Shown one piece after another: positions 25,698-40,186 of a stretch of 64,000 nt of DNA (position 1 is the stretch's first letter; each line of letters starts with the position of its first letter). The stretch comes from the human T2T-CHM13v2.0 reference genome, Homo sapiens. The stretch lies in NCBI RefSeq assembly GCF_009914755.1, contig NC_060932.1; one strand, given 5' to 3'. The translations under genes were made by a program, and so were the position numbers. Below the pieces are notes generated by a model, which was given only the letters and a program-made list of their open reading frames with translations, ran no database searches and had not been told where the DNA came from.

Positions 25698-27194
25698 AAG
25701 AATAGATATTGTCCGAATAGACTTATTTTAGAATTCCTGATGTCAAACAGTAATTATTCCCACAAATTATTTTAATTCAGTCTTCACTTGACAGTAAAAC
25801 TTAATTGCATAAAATCTGGCAATCAAAAGAAATATTAAAAATTACCAGTGTAACCTAATATGTGGTTAATCACAACTACCAAACTTATATGTTACAACAG
25901 ACTAAATGCAATATGAAAAGTAAACACAATTTATTTCAACTTAACTTGATCTAAGAGCAGAATGTCTTTTAAAATGTATTTTTAAAACACACAATAATTT
26001 TTATGTTGACCTCTTTCATTTAATAATATGTTAGACCTTTTGTTTTCACCAACCAGTCCTCAATAAGAATGATTCCACCTCCCTATTATGAAATATTTGG
26101 AGAGTAGCCATAGCAAACAATATTATGCCTAATAAAATAATAATAGCTCTTCCTCTAAGAATCATGACTGGCTTCCCCCTTATTCAACAAAATTGTAAAA
26201 TGAAAAAACAGGCATAATCACCACGCTAGACGAATTAAGCATCATATTGACACATACTTTATTTTACTACTTAAAAGTGTGTTTAGATTTTTGTTTTGGC
26301 TAAATAAATTAGAATTTGAATGTACCACTTTTTCACATAAGTGCTTGTTAGTTTTTTTTTTTAAATTAACATTAAGTAAAGTCTTTAATGAAAAAAGTGC
26401 ATCTATGTAATGTCAATAAAACTGCTAATTAGGAAACTCAGTATTTATAAACATAGATTGCATAATTGAAAATAAGTATAAAGCTTAATTATGCAAAAAT
26501 GGGTTAAGCAACTTTGATAAGAAAAACTACAGACATAAATATAAAGGTAAGTAATTTGTAAGTTAGATAGTAACTGATATTGATGTAATAAAAACCATAA
26601 GAATACATGCATTTACAACTTTTATTAAACATTGTATTTTGAAAGGACCTTTTAGTCAATATGATAATGCAATTATGTTAGTTCTAGTAAGAAAAAGACC
26701 AGTGAGAGAGATATAGCAAAGGAAGAGGACTGACTTTAAACCATAATAATTAAATGCTAATCTCAGTATAAAAATAACACTTTTCTTTGACTTTGGGCAA
26801 CACATAATGTCTGTGTTGAAGTTTGCATATGTAAAACATACATAATAATAATAATACCTCAGACAGGTGCTGTGAGACTTAATTAATTTCTCCAGAGTGC
26901 TATGGACATGAGAAAATGTATGCAGTCTGGACATTTAATCATTATTATCCTCCAAGGGTTTTCTTTTGATATTGCTTAGGGAAGCTAGATGGAAGACTGC
27001 CAAATTACCAAATCCCTGGAAGGAGTTAGAAACACATTATATTGAAGAGTAAGACAAATGCAATAAAAGCTAGACCTTAAAAAGAAACATTAAACAAAAG
27101 AAGTTGGCCATTTGAGAATGGCAGGGAGGATTAAATGAATTAACATTATAATTTAAAGTTAAAAATATATATATACATCGGTGCCAACAGTTTT

Positions 27195-27280
27195 GAAAGA
27201 GAAAGAAGAGGAGGAAGGAAAAAAGGAAGAAGAAAGGGAGAGAGGAAGGGAGAGAGAGAGAAAAGAGGGAGAGAGGAGGA
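27195..27280 (+). repeat. Polypurine (GA-rich) low-complexity tract
   Basis: About 85 nt made almost entirely of A and G. Confidence 0.85.
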
Positions 27281-29139
27281 TGTTAAATTTCTCTTTAACA
27301 GATGAAGGAAAGAAGAACAATGGAGTGGTTATGAGTTAAGGTCATTGTTAAACACTAGTAAATTGGCAAAAAGTCAATTCAGAAGGTTACAAAAAAATTT
27401 TAAGTGTTGGGAGAGCTGTCATATTTCCTAAAAATCAAAAAGAAAAATTTCTGCTGCAGAATTAAGATTAATATTTACACATCAATTTTTTGTGAGACTT
27501 TTGTCTCAGAGAAATGATATAACATTAGTTCTTCTAATCGGGGCTGAATTTGTAAAGATTTTTGTCAGGAAATATTGAAAATAAGAAGGGTGCTTAACAG
27601 GTAAGAAGTACTCAATACATTTTTAGGAATTATTATTATTCAAATTCTAATAATGCATGAACTGAAATTCCACTGATTTTTTGCTTTTTATCTTTAAATA
27701 TTTTATGTTTAAATTATTAACTGTAAATGTGAATAAGTTACATTTGATAAATGCTATATAAGAATAGGTGTCAAGTGATATGAAATTTCTGAAGATATAT
27801 TTGCAATGGCAATTCATAAGAGAAAAAACATCCTTAAGAAAGTACTTCCTTCTATCATACTCATTTTTCTGTACTTTTTACAGCTTCCCAAGCAAAAGGC
27901 TGCACAGGGAAAGGTGCCCCCATTTGTAACAATAGAAAGACGTAGTAGGAAGAGCTCATTGGACTATCTCTATTTGTCTCTTGTTTTGAAAGTCCCTTTG
28001 ATTGTAGCAGAGAACATGAATTTAAAGATTAATTTTAAAAACAATATCCAAAAGATTGTTTGGATATTGGGACAAAAGTGTCCAACTCTGAGACAAATTC
28101 TTAAATGAAATAATAAAAATAATGTATATTGAAAGATCTCAATTACTCTACCAATCTGGCTTGTTCTGTATATAGCGAAGTATGAGCTGAAGTTGGTTAT
28201 TTAATGACTATTGAGAATCAAAACATACAAACATTGAAAACTCTGAAGTCAGTAGAGCACAATGTGAGCAGAGCAGAAAATTAGGTATAAGTTTGTTACT
28301 TCATACCTCAAAACCACCCTGTAAATAAACAACTTGAGTGTATCAGATCCCAGTGGGAGTTCCTGATCTTACTAATGATAAAAAATATTTTAGATCAGAG
28401 GTTACCACATAAGTGTTAATTGAAAGTATTCTGTATTCATCTCTCAGATACCCAGTTATCTTAGTTTTATTTGACAAACTTATAATTTTATGTTCCAGTA
28501 TTGTGTTCTAGACTGGAAATACACAAAGATAAAGACACAATTCTTCCTCACAAGACACTTACAGTCCAGGTGAAAGAGAGGACAAATAATACTTGCTGAT
28601 CCCTGCAGCTTGCTAAAAAGTGCTTGAAACTTGAGATCAGCTATCCCTTTCAAAGGGAGGCCTTGGTCTTTCAGGTCAATATCATGTCAGAAAAATACAT
28701 GTTTCAGGCAACGTCATTCTCATATTGATCACTGTGAGAATCTCACTTTATGAAAAGATCTCCCCAGAACAATATAACACTTTTTTTTTACTGTTTTTAT
28801 TGACTTATCAATCCATCTTTGATTCTTTAGATGGGAATTATTTGTGGCCCAAGATAGACAAGTTCAATGTAAATTCTCATTCATGCATCATCATCAAAAT
28901 CTAAAATTTTTAATTATACATCTCAAGAATCATGTTAGGTAGAAAACAGAAATCATATTTCAATTTTCAGTTTTATATAGAGAGAGCTGTGTCCAAGTCC
29001 TCTTCTGTTTAAATTATACTTTAGGAGCCTAGTTCATGTTTGGATGCTCACTAGCTAACACAATATTTGGCACGTAAGTATAAAATATATGTAGACTGAA
29101 TGAATAAATACTTTCACTGTTGCTTTTTGATTAGTTAAA

Positions 29140-29777
29140 TGCCAACTTCCTTGTCATTGATGGACTTTCATTAGGCCCTCAAGTTTCCCCCGTGTATTTC
29201 TGCAAATGCTTTCCACACTGCCAGTAGAGTTAGTTTTCTGGGTTAAAATTTGATTATGACTGTTCTTCAAAAATACCTTTGTTGGTTCCTGGTAACTCAG
29301 CTAAAATCCCCTTCCCATGTTATCTAGGTTTACTCATGCTCTGACCTCCTGCCTTGACAGGCTTTCTCAGAACACAGTGGGTTCCTGTTCTGGTTGCATG
29401 CAGCTGCTCACAATCTTTAGGATACCACATTCTCTTCTGTGCTTCCATGCTTTAATGTGAACTCTCATAGTCTGCAGTAACATTTCTCCATTTCACTGCT
29501 TGGTAAATGCTCACTCATGCTTCAGGATTCCCCTAATCTATGAACTCTTTGAAGCTTTCCCAGATGAAGAAGTCCTTTTTAATGTTCTTTGGTGTTATCT
29601 TTGCTGTTCTATAGAGTTTTAGTTAAATCTATAATATTGTAATTCCATGTTTGTGTATTTATCTTTCCTGCTGGGCTGTGAGATAGAAACCATGTCTCCT
29701 TTCATTTTGTATTTCTGGTGTAGTGCTAGACTGTAATAAATCCTGATGAATAAATGAATGAACGAATGAATGAATCA
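29140..29777 (+). mobile_element. L2 3' relic ending in (TGAA)n
   Basis: 'gaataaatgaatgaacgaatgaatgaat' terminus preceded by pyrimidine-rich L2-like body. Confidence 0.65.
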
Positions 29778-30499
29778 CTCAATCGATTAATATATTTTTC
29801 TTAGGGAACAATGGGAGAAAATCTCTGGATCTATATCAGCGTATACTGCCCTGACAGAAATTAGAACATTTTCATCTAATAGGTTCACAGAAATAGCTGA
29901 GCCAGCTTTGTAAAATTGTACTGCTTTGCTATTTTAATTGTTGGTTTTATCTTTAAAATGCTTGTAAAGTACTTTAATATTGTTAATATTTATCTCCGTG
30001 CTCACTTTAGAAAAGTTGAGGCAACCTTCAGAGAGAAAGAAATCTGAGAGAGACATAAAATTTGAGATAAGGTACAAATAACTAATTGGATAAGCCATCA
30101 GATGGCTTTCTGTACTTAGCACAATTTACTTGAAGGTAAAGAGTGGGCAATTATAGATAAAAGAATACAACATATATAACACAATATATTTTCTCCAGAA
30201 ACTTACACTTTTGAGACCTTGTCAGGATACTAAATTTACTAACAGCTGGAGTAGCAAGCATTTAATTAGCACCATTTCAGCACCATCTCTGGATGATGTT
30301 TGGAACAATCCAAACTAGAGCTTCATCTCTTTAAGGCTTTAAGTTTTTGTTAAAATCACTAAGACTTTCACAGAGGTGATATTTTGATTACTTACAGGTG
30401 TTTGACATTTTAAAGTGATTAGTACCTAAAGGCAGATTTTCCTGGAAGGTGAAGGATAGAGGTTGTTGGTATGGAAGTTTTAAAGAAAAAGTACTGTGA

Positions 30500-30632
30500 C
30501 TAGAGACCATAAGTCCTTGTTTGCCCTGGACAGTTCCAGTTTATGCCCATTGTGTGATTGGAGTCATTAATAGCATCCCATATCATTCTCAGAAGTGTCC
30601 TGGTTTGAACAATAAATCATATTGTCACCTTA
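30500..30632. mobile_element. MER94-like hAT-Blackjack MITE
   Basis: 'tagagaccataagtccttgtttgccctggacagttccagtttatgcc...gtgtcctggtttgaacaataaatcatattgtcacctta'. Confidence 0.75.
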
Positions 30633-33600
30633 ACAATGATAAAAAAGAACAGTGGTTGTGATGAGATCGTAAGTGGCTGAATGTGCTAAAAACAAATCTG
30701 GACAACATAACAGCTGACCCTGATTTCTTAGGACTGATGCCTACAATTCTAAAGGAAGCTTTACCTGCAATTCAGAATTTATACAATTCCGAAATGTAAC
30801 AATGAAGAAAAACCCCTTTTGATCTTTCCAAATAGTGAGTTTATGAATCCATTACTCCAGCTTACATTTCTACGATTGCAAATGAAAACACTTAGTGTCC
30901 CAAGTAGATTATTTATTAATGTAAATCATTACCTAAACTCATTTATTTTTAGAACTGTGATTACATTCTGATGATAGTTTGATTGACAGCTAGGTGAAAA
31001 ATAGTCTTGATCAGTAAAGAACATGTAAGCACACAGTGATAAGACCTGACGTTGGTTTATAGATTATGGTGTCATTGATGCAGATATAAGCAGAGAGGTG
31101 GGGGGAAGAAATATTTCAGGGATCCATAAGTATGCTTATATGGCATTCTGAGGGCTTTTTTGAATTAGAAAATCAAAGAAATTTTTAAATGCCTAACCAT
31201 TCATTTTATAAAGTTGAAGTCTGCATCTCAAAGATTGATTAAATAATCCTTTCGAAGTGGTGGAATGTCAAAGATGCAGCTGTTTTACCGAATTATTCAG
31301 GAAGGTCCTTGGTATGTAAGTGTTCAATAATAACATTCACATAACAAAACAAAATCAGATATGAAATTATTCACTAATGAACTATTTATATAATAATTAT
31401 TATGCAAGTAGACCAATACATGTGAGCCAATTTAGTGCACGATATTTTGCAAATGCAATTTTATAAATCTTTCAAAAGAATTATGTCATGCTAGGTACTT
31501 CAGAAGAGAAATATTTTAATTTCAAAGATTTGAGAGACCCTTGGGAAAAGGGGAAATCCTTAAATATTTCTCAGAAAAAAATGGTTCTCAATATAATCAT
31601 GCTATGCAAGTCAAACATGAGAGGAAAGATGTTGTAATGCACCTAATAAAATTTTGTCAAAAAAATGCCCAAAAGGACAAATCAGCACTTAACTCATTCT
31701 TTGCGTATTTTAAGAACAATTTTACCATTGCAATTAAAACTTAAATTCTGTCTAAAATAAAAAGCAATAACTTTATTTTAATGAATTTTATTTATTTTTA
31801 AGATAAAAGTCTTGTGTAGTTATTTTCATTCACCACTTATTGCAGAATTCTGGACAGTTTTAAGTGGATTGAATTTAAATGGAATTTTTTCCAGTGCCCT
31901 TTATCTTGAAGTATTAAGACTTTCTATCATTTCATTATTCACTTACTGAATATATAGTAATTGAATATCCTTCTGGAAATAGTTCTATACTGCAAGCTTG
32001 CAAAGGTTCAGGAAATAAAGGTTATAAAAATTAGCTAGATATATCCAAGTAAAATAAAAATGATTATATGATAAAAACACTGAGTGTAAGGGCGAAAGGT
32101 TAACATAATTAAGAAAGTATTTTGTAACCATGAATGTTAAAAAATAATAGAATTTGAAATAGAAAACCCACTCTTTGAAATTCTATATTTATTTAAATAA
32201 ATCAACAGTTCTAATTCTCTCCTTAATATCTTGTGTTTTCTTGAGCTTTCATATATAATTTTCTGCAGTTTCCTATTCTTCCATAAGAAATGCATTTGAC
32301 TTCAAATCTGCTTTTCCTTCATCCCATTACAGTCATGGATGAATAGTGGCTGACCTCCTTATTAAGGCCATAAACCTAGAGCACCCTGCACTCTTCAGTT
32401 TGCCATTATTTCCACAAATAGTTTTTACTGGTACTTCTTTAATTCATGCATCCTGTAAAATTCGTTGTTTGTGCAGGAAGAAACAATGAGAACAAATTCA
32501 ATTTGGCATTTCCAGACTAACTATACTAAAACCTATCAGACCTCCAGGAAGAGTCTTTTAACTTCTTTGAGTAGAAATTTCTCACATATAAGACAGGAAA
32601 GATGAATTATTGTGTTCTAGCTCTAAGATTCAATGTACACCATTACAGTTAGAGCACACTCATAATTATCAGAGAAAAAATTGAGGAAACCCTAGTCCAT
32701 GAACAATATTATATGTATTGTATAGCATTGTATAGATAATATCGCATGGTGTTTTTTCTTACATAATATAAATATACATTTAAGTGTTTGAATATTAAAT
32801 GTTAATAATCCAATTTTAAAATAAGTTTTGTATTATGTACTACATTTATAAACTCTCCTGTAATCTGGATATTATGCATATTAACACTAAACTCTCACAT
32901 AATTACATATTATAAGGAAATGTGATACCACAGGAGCATAATTAGAGGAAATGCAATCCAAATCTCATTCAGTATTCTTGCTAATGCTGATATCAATGGG
33001 CACAGAGAATTCCTTGGAAGGAATTTTTATTGGTAACAGAGATTACAGGTTGGGCATTTCCAAAATATCTGTATACAAATATTTTGAATTTTAAAAAATT
33101 CTAGTCTCAGAGCTTTTTGGCATAACTTGTTCATGGCACATCATTATGACACAAAAATATAAAAAAAATTTTAAAATATTTATTTCCGTCAATATATACT
33201 GCCAAGTCTATTTCTACATATTTTATTTCCATTTCTAATAAGTAGTTTTCCTTACAACCTCTTGGCCATGTTTTGATGAAGACCTAAAAATAATAAAAAA
33301 TAATTTCTTATTCATAATATAAAGCTTTGATCTTTTTTGTGTTTTTTTCACTTAAATAATACATGTCAGAAATTACTCCTTATCATTTATATTGACCTTC
33401 CTCACTCTTTTTTATAGCTGAAACACTGAAGATTCTAAGGTGAGTAAAATATAATTTCCACGAGATGTGTAGTGAGGATGATACACACCTAAACAAAAAC
33501 ACTTAGTAACATTTTAAAAGTGACTTTATTGAAGGTATGCACTCTGTTAAATTACAAAAAAGAAGAGTTTTCATACTTCCGCAAAGGAAGTCTGGTTGAG

Positions 33601-34134
33601 ATCAGTAGAGCAGGCCATGTTTAAACTGGATAGGAAGGTAGGGGTTACCCAAGAAAGAAAAGTTTGGTGAAGTGCTTGACAGACATGGTGAACAGCACGC
33701 CACACGTAACAGGAGGTCTAGACTGAATGTCTTTGCAGAGTGGGGAGTAGTATAAGTTCTTCACACACAGAGGTCCTTCCAACATAGTTGATAAATTTAA
33801 CTCAGCAAAAGTAAGAGCAACAGGTTTAGGAATGTTGAGTATTTCTGCATGTTTGGCCATAAGAAGTATGGAGGGGAAAATCACAGACTATAAAGCTAGA
33901 TAAGTAGATTTAGAATAGTCAAAGGAGAAATGTTTTTCTCCTTATTCTTTTCTGACATGGATTTATGAGGCAGTAGTTAAAGCCATTACAATGTATAACT
34001 TTTCCCAGCAAGAGGTCAGAGGATAAAAGGACAGAACTGTAGTGAACTTCTCTAACAGGACAGAAAGAAGGCAAGGAGTCAGCAAAAGAGATGAAGAGAG
34101 TGTCTAGAAAGGCAGAAATATGATGTGTCATCAA

Positions 34135-34682
34135 GAAGGAAAAGACAACCTACCAGATAGTAGAAAACATTTACAAACTGTATATCTGATAAAGGGTTAA
34201 TATCCAAATATATAAGAAACTCCTACAACTCAATAGCAATTTTGTAAAGAGCAAATGGTAAGAGACTTAACTAGACATTTCTCCAAAGAAGACATATTAG
34301 TGGCCAATGGGTATATGAAAAGATACTCAGCATCACTAATCATCAGGGAAATGCAAACCAAAATCACAGTGAGGTAATCTGACAATTATAGTAATTATAA
34401 AAACAAAAGAAAACAAACAAAGAAAGTAAAAGATAACAAGAGCTGGCAGGACATGAAGAAACTGGAACCCTTGTACATTTTGATAGAAATGTGAATAGTG
34501 AAGCCACCATGGAAAACCGCCCAAAGGGCCCACCTCCTAATACTATCACCTCAGAGGTTAGGATTTTAACATATAAATTTGAGGGGATAGACACAAACAT
34601 TCAGACCTTAGCATGCAGTTAAAAATTATGTTGACAAGATACATCTCATGTTATCTGTTCTTACCACAATAATAATTTAAAA
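34135..34682 (+). mobile_element. Old L1 (L1MB-like) fragments flanking a MaLR LTR remnant (34520-34612, minus strand)
   Basis: 'agacatttctccaaagaagacata', 'catcactaatcatcagggaaatgcaa'; MaLR piece 'cccacctcctaatactatcacc...acaaacattcagaccttagca'; L1 3' end 'atctcatgttatctgttcttaccacaat'. Confidence 0.8.
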
Positions 34683-34723
34683 GCCCCCCCCATCAAAAGG
34701 TTATTTGAGCAATTTAGGCAATA

Positions 34724-34794
34724 TAGATAAATGATAGATAGATGATAGATAGATAGATAGAGAGAAGATAGATAGATAGATAGATAGATAGATA
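34724..34794 (+). repeat. Compound (GATA)n tetranucleotide STR
   Basis: Directly read, with interruptions. Confidence 0.95.
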
Positions 34795-35837
34795 ACACAA
34801 AAAGTTGATCCTAAATTGTAGTGGGTTAAGGATTGAATAAGAATTAAAATTAGAGAAACCAGTGGAAAATGTTAAGTATATTGTGAAATAGAAGAAAACT
34901 GTTGAAGAGTGGTCTTCAAGCAAAGAAAGAGCAATAGAATTAATAGGCTTGACAGAAATAAACAGGAATAACTCTTCTTAAGAGATAGGAAGAAAAAAGT
35001 CTTCCAGCTTATGTACATTTCTGCCACTGAGATGCTCAGGGTGTAAGACAAGAGTGTGTTACTACTTACTTTTCCACCTCCACCCCCTCCGCACTCATCT
35101 CTCACAACAAACACACACAAACGCTAAGGTAGAAGTGGTTTGAGGAGAATCTGGACTGCTAGTAATTTTTATTAATTATAAAACACCATGTTAGTAATTT
35201 CTCATATTGAAATGACTTCTGCAGAAGATTATAATGTCATAAGCCTATCCTATCACAGTCTTAAGATATAACATTTCTCCTTAATGCCTCCTTTTCCATT
35301 ATCAGCAGAGAAAGAAAAAATCTTTGATAGGCTATTCTGGATGCAAATAGAAATACACAAACTATCTAGTTAGAAAATCTGTTTTTAAGCCATTAGAGTT
35401 CATTCCTTACACACTGTGGAAAGCTGTAAGGCTCTTTTTTTCTCATGAGAGTGCGATCTGTACAATGTGTTAAAAGTACAGTTTGAATACTGTATTTTAA
35501 AAAAATACATTATTTTTGCCTATCACTTGATTGTGTTATACTCCAGAGATTTAATAGGTCAGAGAAGTTATTTAAGAATCACATATAAAGACAGTTGTGT
35601 GATTTTGCTCTGCCCAAATTCATGAAATAGAAACATGACCCATCTGCCTGTCTCGATGATTGAAAAAAAATATCCCATAGCTGTACCTGATCATAAAGGA
35701 ACATTAATAGCAGTCACTGGTATTTTATTACCATATATCCTCTTTTTTGAGAACTGATTCTACTGCAAGGAAATGAAGAAGACTGACTACTGAGTATGAT
35801 TGACACAATTTTCCTATAGAGAATGGGAACAGCAGGG

Positions 35838-36014
35838 CAGGGCCTGCTTAATGGATGTGTGGCCTGTATAGTCACACAGGGTCCACTCTCAGAAAGGCCT
35901 CATTTTTGGTTTAGTGCTTTTCTGCTGTGACCCTGAAATTCTTAGTAATTTTAAATAAAGGGTCCAGTATTTTTATTTTGCAGTGGGCTCTACAAATCAT
36001 GCAGCTGGTGTCTG
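35838..36014 (+). mobile_element. MER91A-like hAT-Tip100 MITE
   Basis: 'cagggcctgcttaatggatgtgtggcctgtatagtcacacagggtcc...tgaaattcttagtaatttt...ttttgcagtgggctctacaaat'. Confidence 0.8.
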
Positions 36015-37679
36015 GGAGCATGAAGACATACTTAGCACATATTCTTAAGTGACTCTGTGTGTACACACATGTGAGTGTATTTGTGTGTGACTGAATGTGT
36101 GCTTATTTGTACATGTAGTTGAAAGAAAAAATAAAAATGATATTAAAAATAGCAAACTAAATCTTAAGAGACAAAAGCAATTCAGCTTGCAGTGGAAAAT
36201 AGTTTAAAATAATTTCCTCATATTATAAATGATATGGCAGTAATTAAGGCTTACATTCTCACCAAAAAAAAAAAATAAATAAATAAAAAGAAGACATATG
36301 AGCAATGATTTTCAAAGTGGGAGATCAGAAGATGAGTATTTTCCAACCTCTCATATGTTTTAATTAATAGCAAGAGCATATCAGTCTTAATGATGAATCA
36401 TTCCTTTTAATTTCTAAATAACGCTATGGATTAAGGCAGTCTTCAACAAGGAAAAAAGCCTAATAACATCTCAGCCATCGGGATGGATATTTCCTTGTGA
36501 TTCTTGTGATTATGTATATGTATACAAAAACTTAAAAAAATCCTTTGGGAAATACCAAAATAGATATTATTATAATTTTTAATATATAGCAAAGCTTTCT
36601 CTTTTTCTGATTTTTAGAGAAGACAGAATTGCCTCTCTAGTAATGTGAAATTTCATTTAACATTTAAGATATAAACTGGATTTTTAAAATGTGTTTCTTT
36701 AAAAGGGAAAATAGTTTTTACCATGTGCTTTTTCTTTTAAATACTTGCATCATATAAATAAAATCGTTCTGATAAACACCTGGTTCAATTTTGCATACCT
36801 CATGGAATATGCCAAGTAAGACAATTGCCTCTCACTGGTGCCAGGATATTTCATTAAAAACATATGATTAAACAAGATAAGATAAACAGATGTACAAGCA
36901 AGCAAATCTGATATAACCGCCAGGTAAAATTATTTCCTGAAGAGAACCTTAAATCTATGAAATGGTCTGTTAGGCAATGTTATTATATGCAGCATACTAA
37001 ATATAATTTTTATGAAAAGGTTGTCATATAAAAAAAGACAGAACTAAAAAGGAATGAACATTTAAAAAAATTGTCTCAGATGTACTTTTGGAAATTTCAG
37101 AGTATTAAATGTACTGCAACAATTTGTCCATACCACAGCAAGCTCTGTCTCTGTTATATTGAAGGATTACTGTTGAAAGAATGTCATTGAGAGCCTAAAC
37201 TAAATCTAAGAACTTCTACATCAGAAAGAAGTTTACAGAGATCATCAGATCTTAAAGAATGATGCCTTACTCTCAAAACATAATTCCCATGCCATTTCTG
37301 GATGTAACAGTTTAATGCATAGATATTAGAACAGTACTGATTTGAAATAAGTAATTGAAATTATTTCTCATTTTTAACTTTTATTTCCTTGGGAAAAACA
37401 TAGGAAGACTTTTTTTGTGTTTAAAATACAGTATTTATCTTTCAGTAATCACATTTACTAATATAAAATACCTATTTTATAGATTAAATGATTGTAATTA
37501 TTTATAAATTGTATGACAGTAAGTCATGGTTTCAAATGGAGTACTGAAAGGGAGAAAACAACTCTGTCCTTAATATAGAGATTTTTTTTTCTATTTTTCT
37601 TTCTTATTTAGGCAGTTATTTATTTTTAATTATTAAATAAAATGAAGAGACGACTTTGGGCGTAGGTGACAAAATAAAA

Positions 37680-38250
37680 CCTCACAGATCTGGGTGATTT
37701 AGAGAATGAAGAAAAGTCAGCTAAACAAGAAATGAGACAGCTTTCCAAGTGCAAATAGCATTACAAACAAAGATAAGAGACAGCAATGGGCAAGATGTGT
37801 TGCAGGTAACCTGTGCAGACTGGTCTGGCTAGAGAAGATGATTCGGCGGTCAAATTAAGAAGCTCCAGCTTTATCTTGAGCACACTATAAACCTATTTAA
37901 GGTTCTTAAGCAGGGAAATGACTTGGTCACATATCTGATTTACAAATATAACTCTGAAGATGATGTGTTTGAGGGGACAAACGGGGGTGTGCACGTAGTT
38001 AGTGCAAAATGAAGCACAGTTATGATACAGGTAAGCGTGGTCAGCTGCTGCAAAACAGACCTGAAACAAACTGGTGAATTGTAAATTGGTACAATTTGAT
38101 AGTACCCTTAGGAAGTGAGAGTGGGAATAACTGTGACAGTGTGTACTTAACACTGTTGAGTGTTTTCTCAAGAGTCCAGGTAGTTATAGTAAGTTGTAAT
38201 TGAGAGAAAAATATATCATGTTGGGAGGGCTCACTGAAAACTTGTGTAGT
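37680..38250 (-). mobile_element. L2 relic
   Basis: 'ggttcttaagcagggaaatgacttggtcacatatctgattt' and related antisense L2 motifs. Confidence 0.55.
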
Positions 38251-38950
38251 TCCTAGGTTTTCTTCCTTTTGAAGAATGCACCCCATATCATATCAAACAA
38301 GAGAAAAAATAGTTTCTACTATATATCATATGTTCCAAATTATAAAAATAATGCAAAATAATATATTTTAAGTATTTTTTCAAATGTAAAAAAATAAGTA
38401 AATGGGTTTGTATATTGTTTTGGTCTTTTACTACTGTACAATTTACTTATAATTGGCTATGCTTTCTGTAAAATTATTATGCATACTCAGAAATGCTTGG
38501 TTGATAAAGTTACCCAGCATATTAATTTCATAGTAATAAACTTTTACTGAATATTAAATTCAGCAATTAATGAAGTTATAAAATGAGTTTGTGTGGATAT
38601 TCATGCAAAAATTTACTAATGTCAATTCTAAGTTTCTTTTTTTTGTTTTTGGAGTTGTTTTTATTTTTTATAATTTTCAAATATTTTTATATACTACTGA
38701 AAAAGTTTAGAGTCCTTAGGAAATATGACTATAATGCTTACTAATACAAAATGCCCCTAGATAATGTAGGGTATTTATTTTATAATAGATACTTTAAATG
38801 TCTAACATAACTTCTAAGAACATGTTTATTTCCAAAATCACAGAAGAAAAACAGGGAGGAAATAAGAACTAAAGAAACATTTTGCTAATTTTTTTTCTTA
38901 ATACAGGTAATTATTTTGTTTTTTTGCAGGGAAAATAAATCGATGGGCAG

Positions 38951-39556
38951 TGTTATGATCAAACGGCAGTTGACAGTTATTCCCACAAACTTTGAACTCA
39001 CCTTTTCAGTATGGGAAACTCATAAAGCTTAAAACTGTATTTATCAGATTCCCTTGCAACTATAGTTTTATATGCTAATCAGATTATTCCAATTAGATGT
39101 AGCCTCCAGATATTTGGAATAAATAAGAGAACAATCTCCTGACGCTTTTGGCTATTTTTTTCTGTTGACAAGTAAGACTGTAGAGATAGGAGTTCACCCC
39201 TCTCTTTGCCAGCATTATTACTGCAATAACTGTTCTGCTCCACTGGTGTTAGAAAAGCACTTTAAATGGAAGTAGCTTCCTGGTCTTGGTTTCTTGGTCC
39301 CTAGATCTTAGCTATAGTGAGTGGTGTGTCTTTGCTCTTAGTGATTTCAGACAGCACTTAATTGTCTACCTTCTTGATTGTGATAGAGTCAGTAGCTCCC
39401 CATGTGGTATTCTGTGACTCATCCCTGGAGGACCATCTTCCAGCTTGCTCTTCCAGCCTGTCTACAAATTTGAAAGCACCTAATATGCTTTATTAAAATC
39501 CTCTCTCCTTAAAATATATAGTGTTGTTCTTTCTTACACTGAACTTGTCTGATGTA
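38951..39556 (+). mobile_element. ERVL LTR relic (LTR33-like)
   Basis: 'cagattcccttgcaactatag' and terminal 'ttaaaatcctctctccttaaaata...cactgaacttgtctgatgta'. Confidence 0.55.
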
Positions 39557-40147
39557 ATTAGTACCTCTTTCTTTATGGCTGTTTTATTAATAATAGAATA
39601 GTTATATATATTATTTATTTTTGAATTATCTCTATTATTACATTTGTATATTTTGCATTCTACTGCCTTAGGGTCTTTTGTGAGCATGACTATAAAGAAA
39701 AGTTGCCTAAAGGCAACCCCTGTAGCAACCACCTCCAGCATTTGTATCTGACAATATAATTCAACATGCTGTCCTAGGAGTGGAAGGAGAGAGAAAAAGA
39801 CTTGGAAGGATAGAAATTCCTTTGCTTCTACCACTAGCTACCTCTTCATGTTGTCATTAACAAGTCTCTATTCACTATTTTTCTTTCTGTTGATTTCAAA
39901 ATTCATGTAGACATTCTACCCAAGAACTTTTTACTTGACCTCCTCATTTCCAAGGAAATTTTATTTTACTCCATCGCAGGCATTCATTTACATGCTCAAA
40001 TACAAGACTGTGTCATTTCCAAGAAAGGTACTACCCTTAAAATTTCCATATCATAATTCTACTCTTTCCTCTAGTTCATTATTCCCATAATGTTCTCTCA
40101 TTTCTTTTATTTCACATCCATCATTATGATTATTTGTCTGCACACTT

Positions 40148-40150
<3 letters not shown>

Positions 40151-40185
<35 letters not shown>
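40151..40185. repeat. Poly(T)35 homopolymer
   Basis: Directly read. Confidence 0.95.

Positions 40186-40186
<1 letters not shown>

Noticed and set aside
27806-28108. 100-aa ORF with an acceptor-like 'tttttacag'
   Set aside because: AT-biased composition, no recognisable domain and no good downstream donor; consistent with chance.
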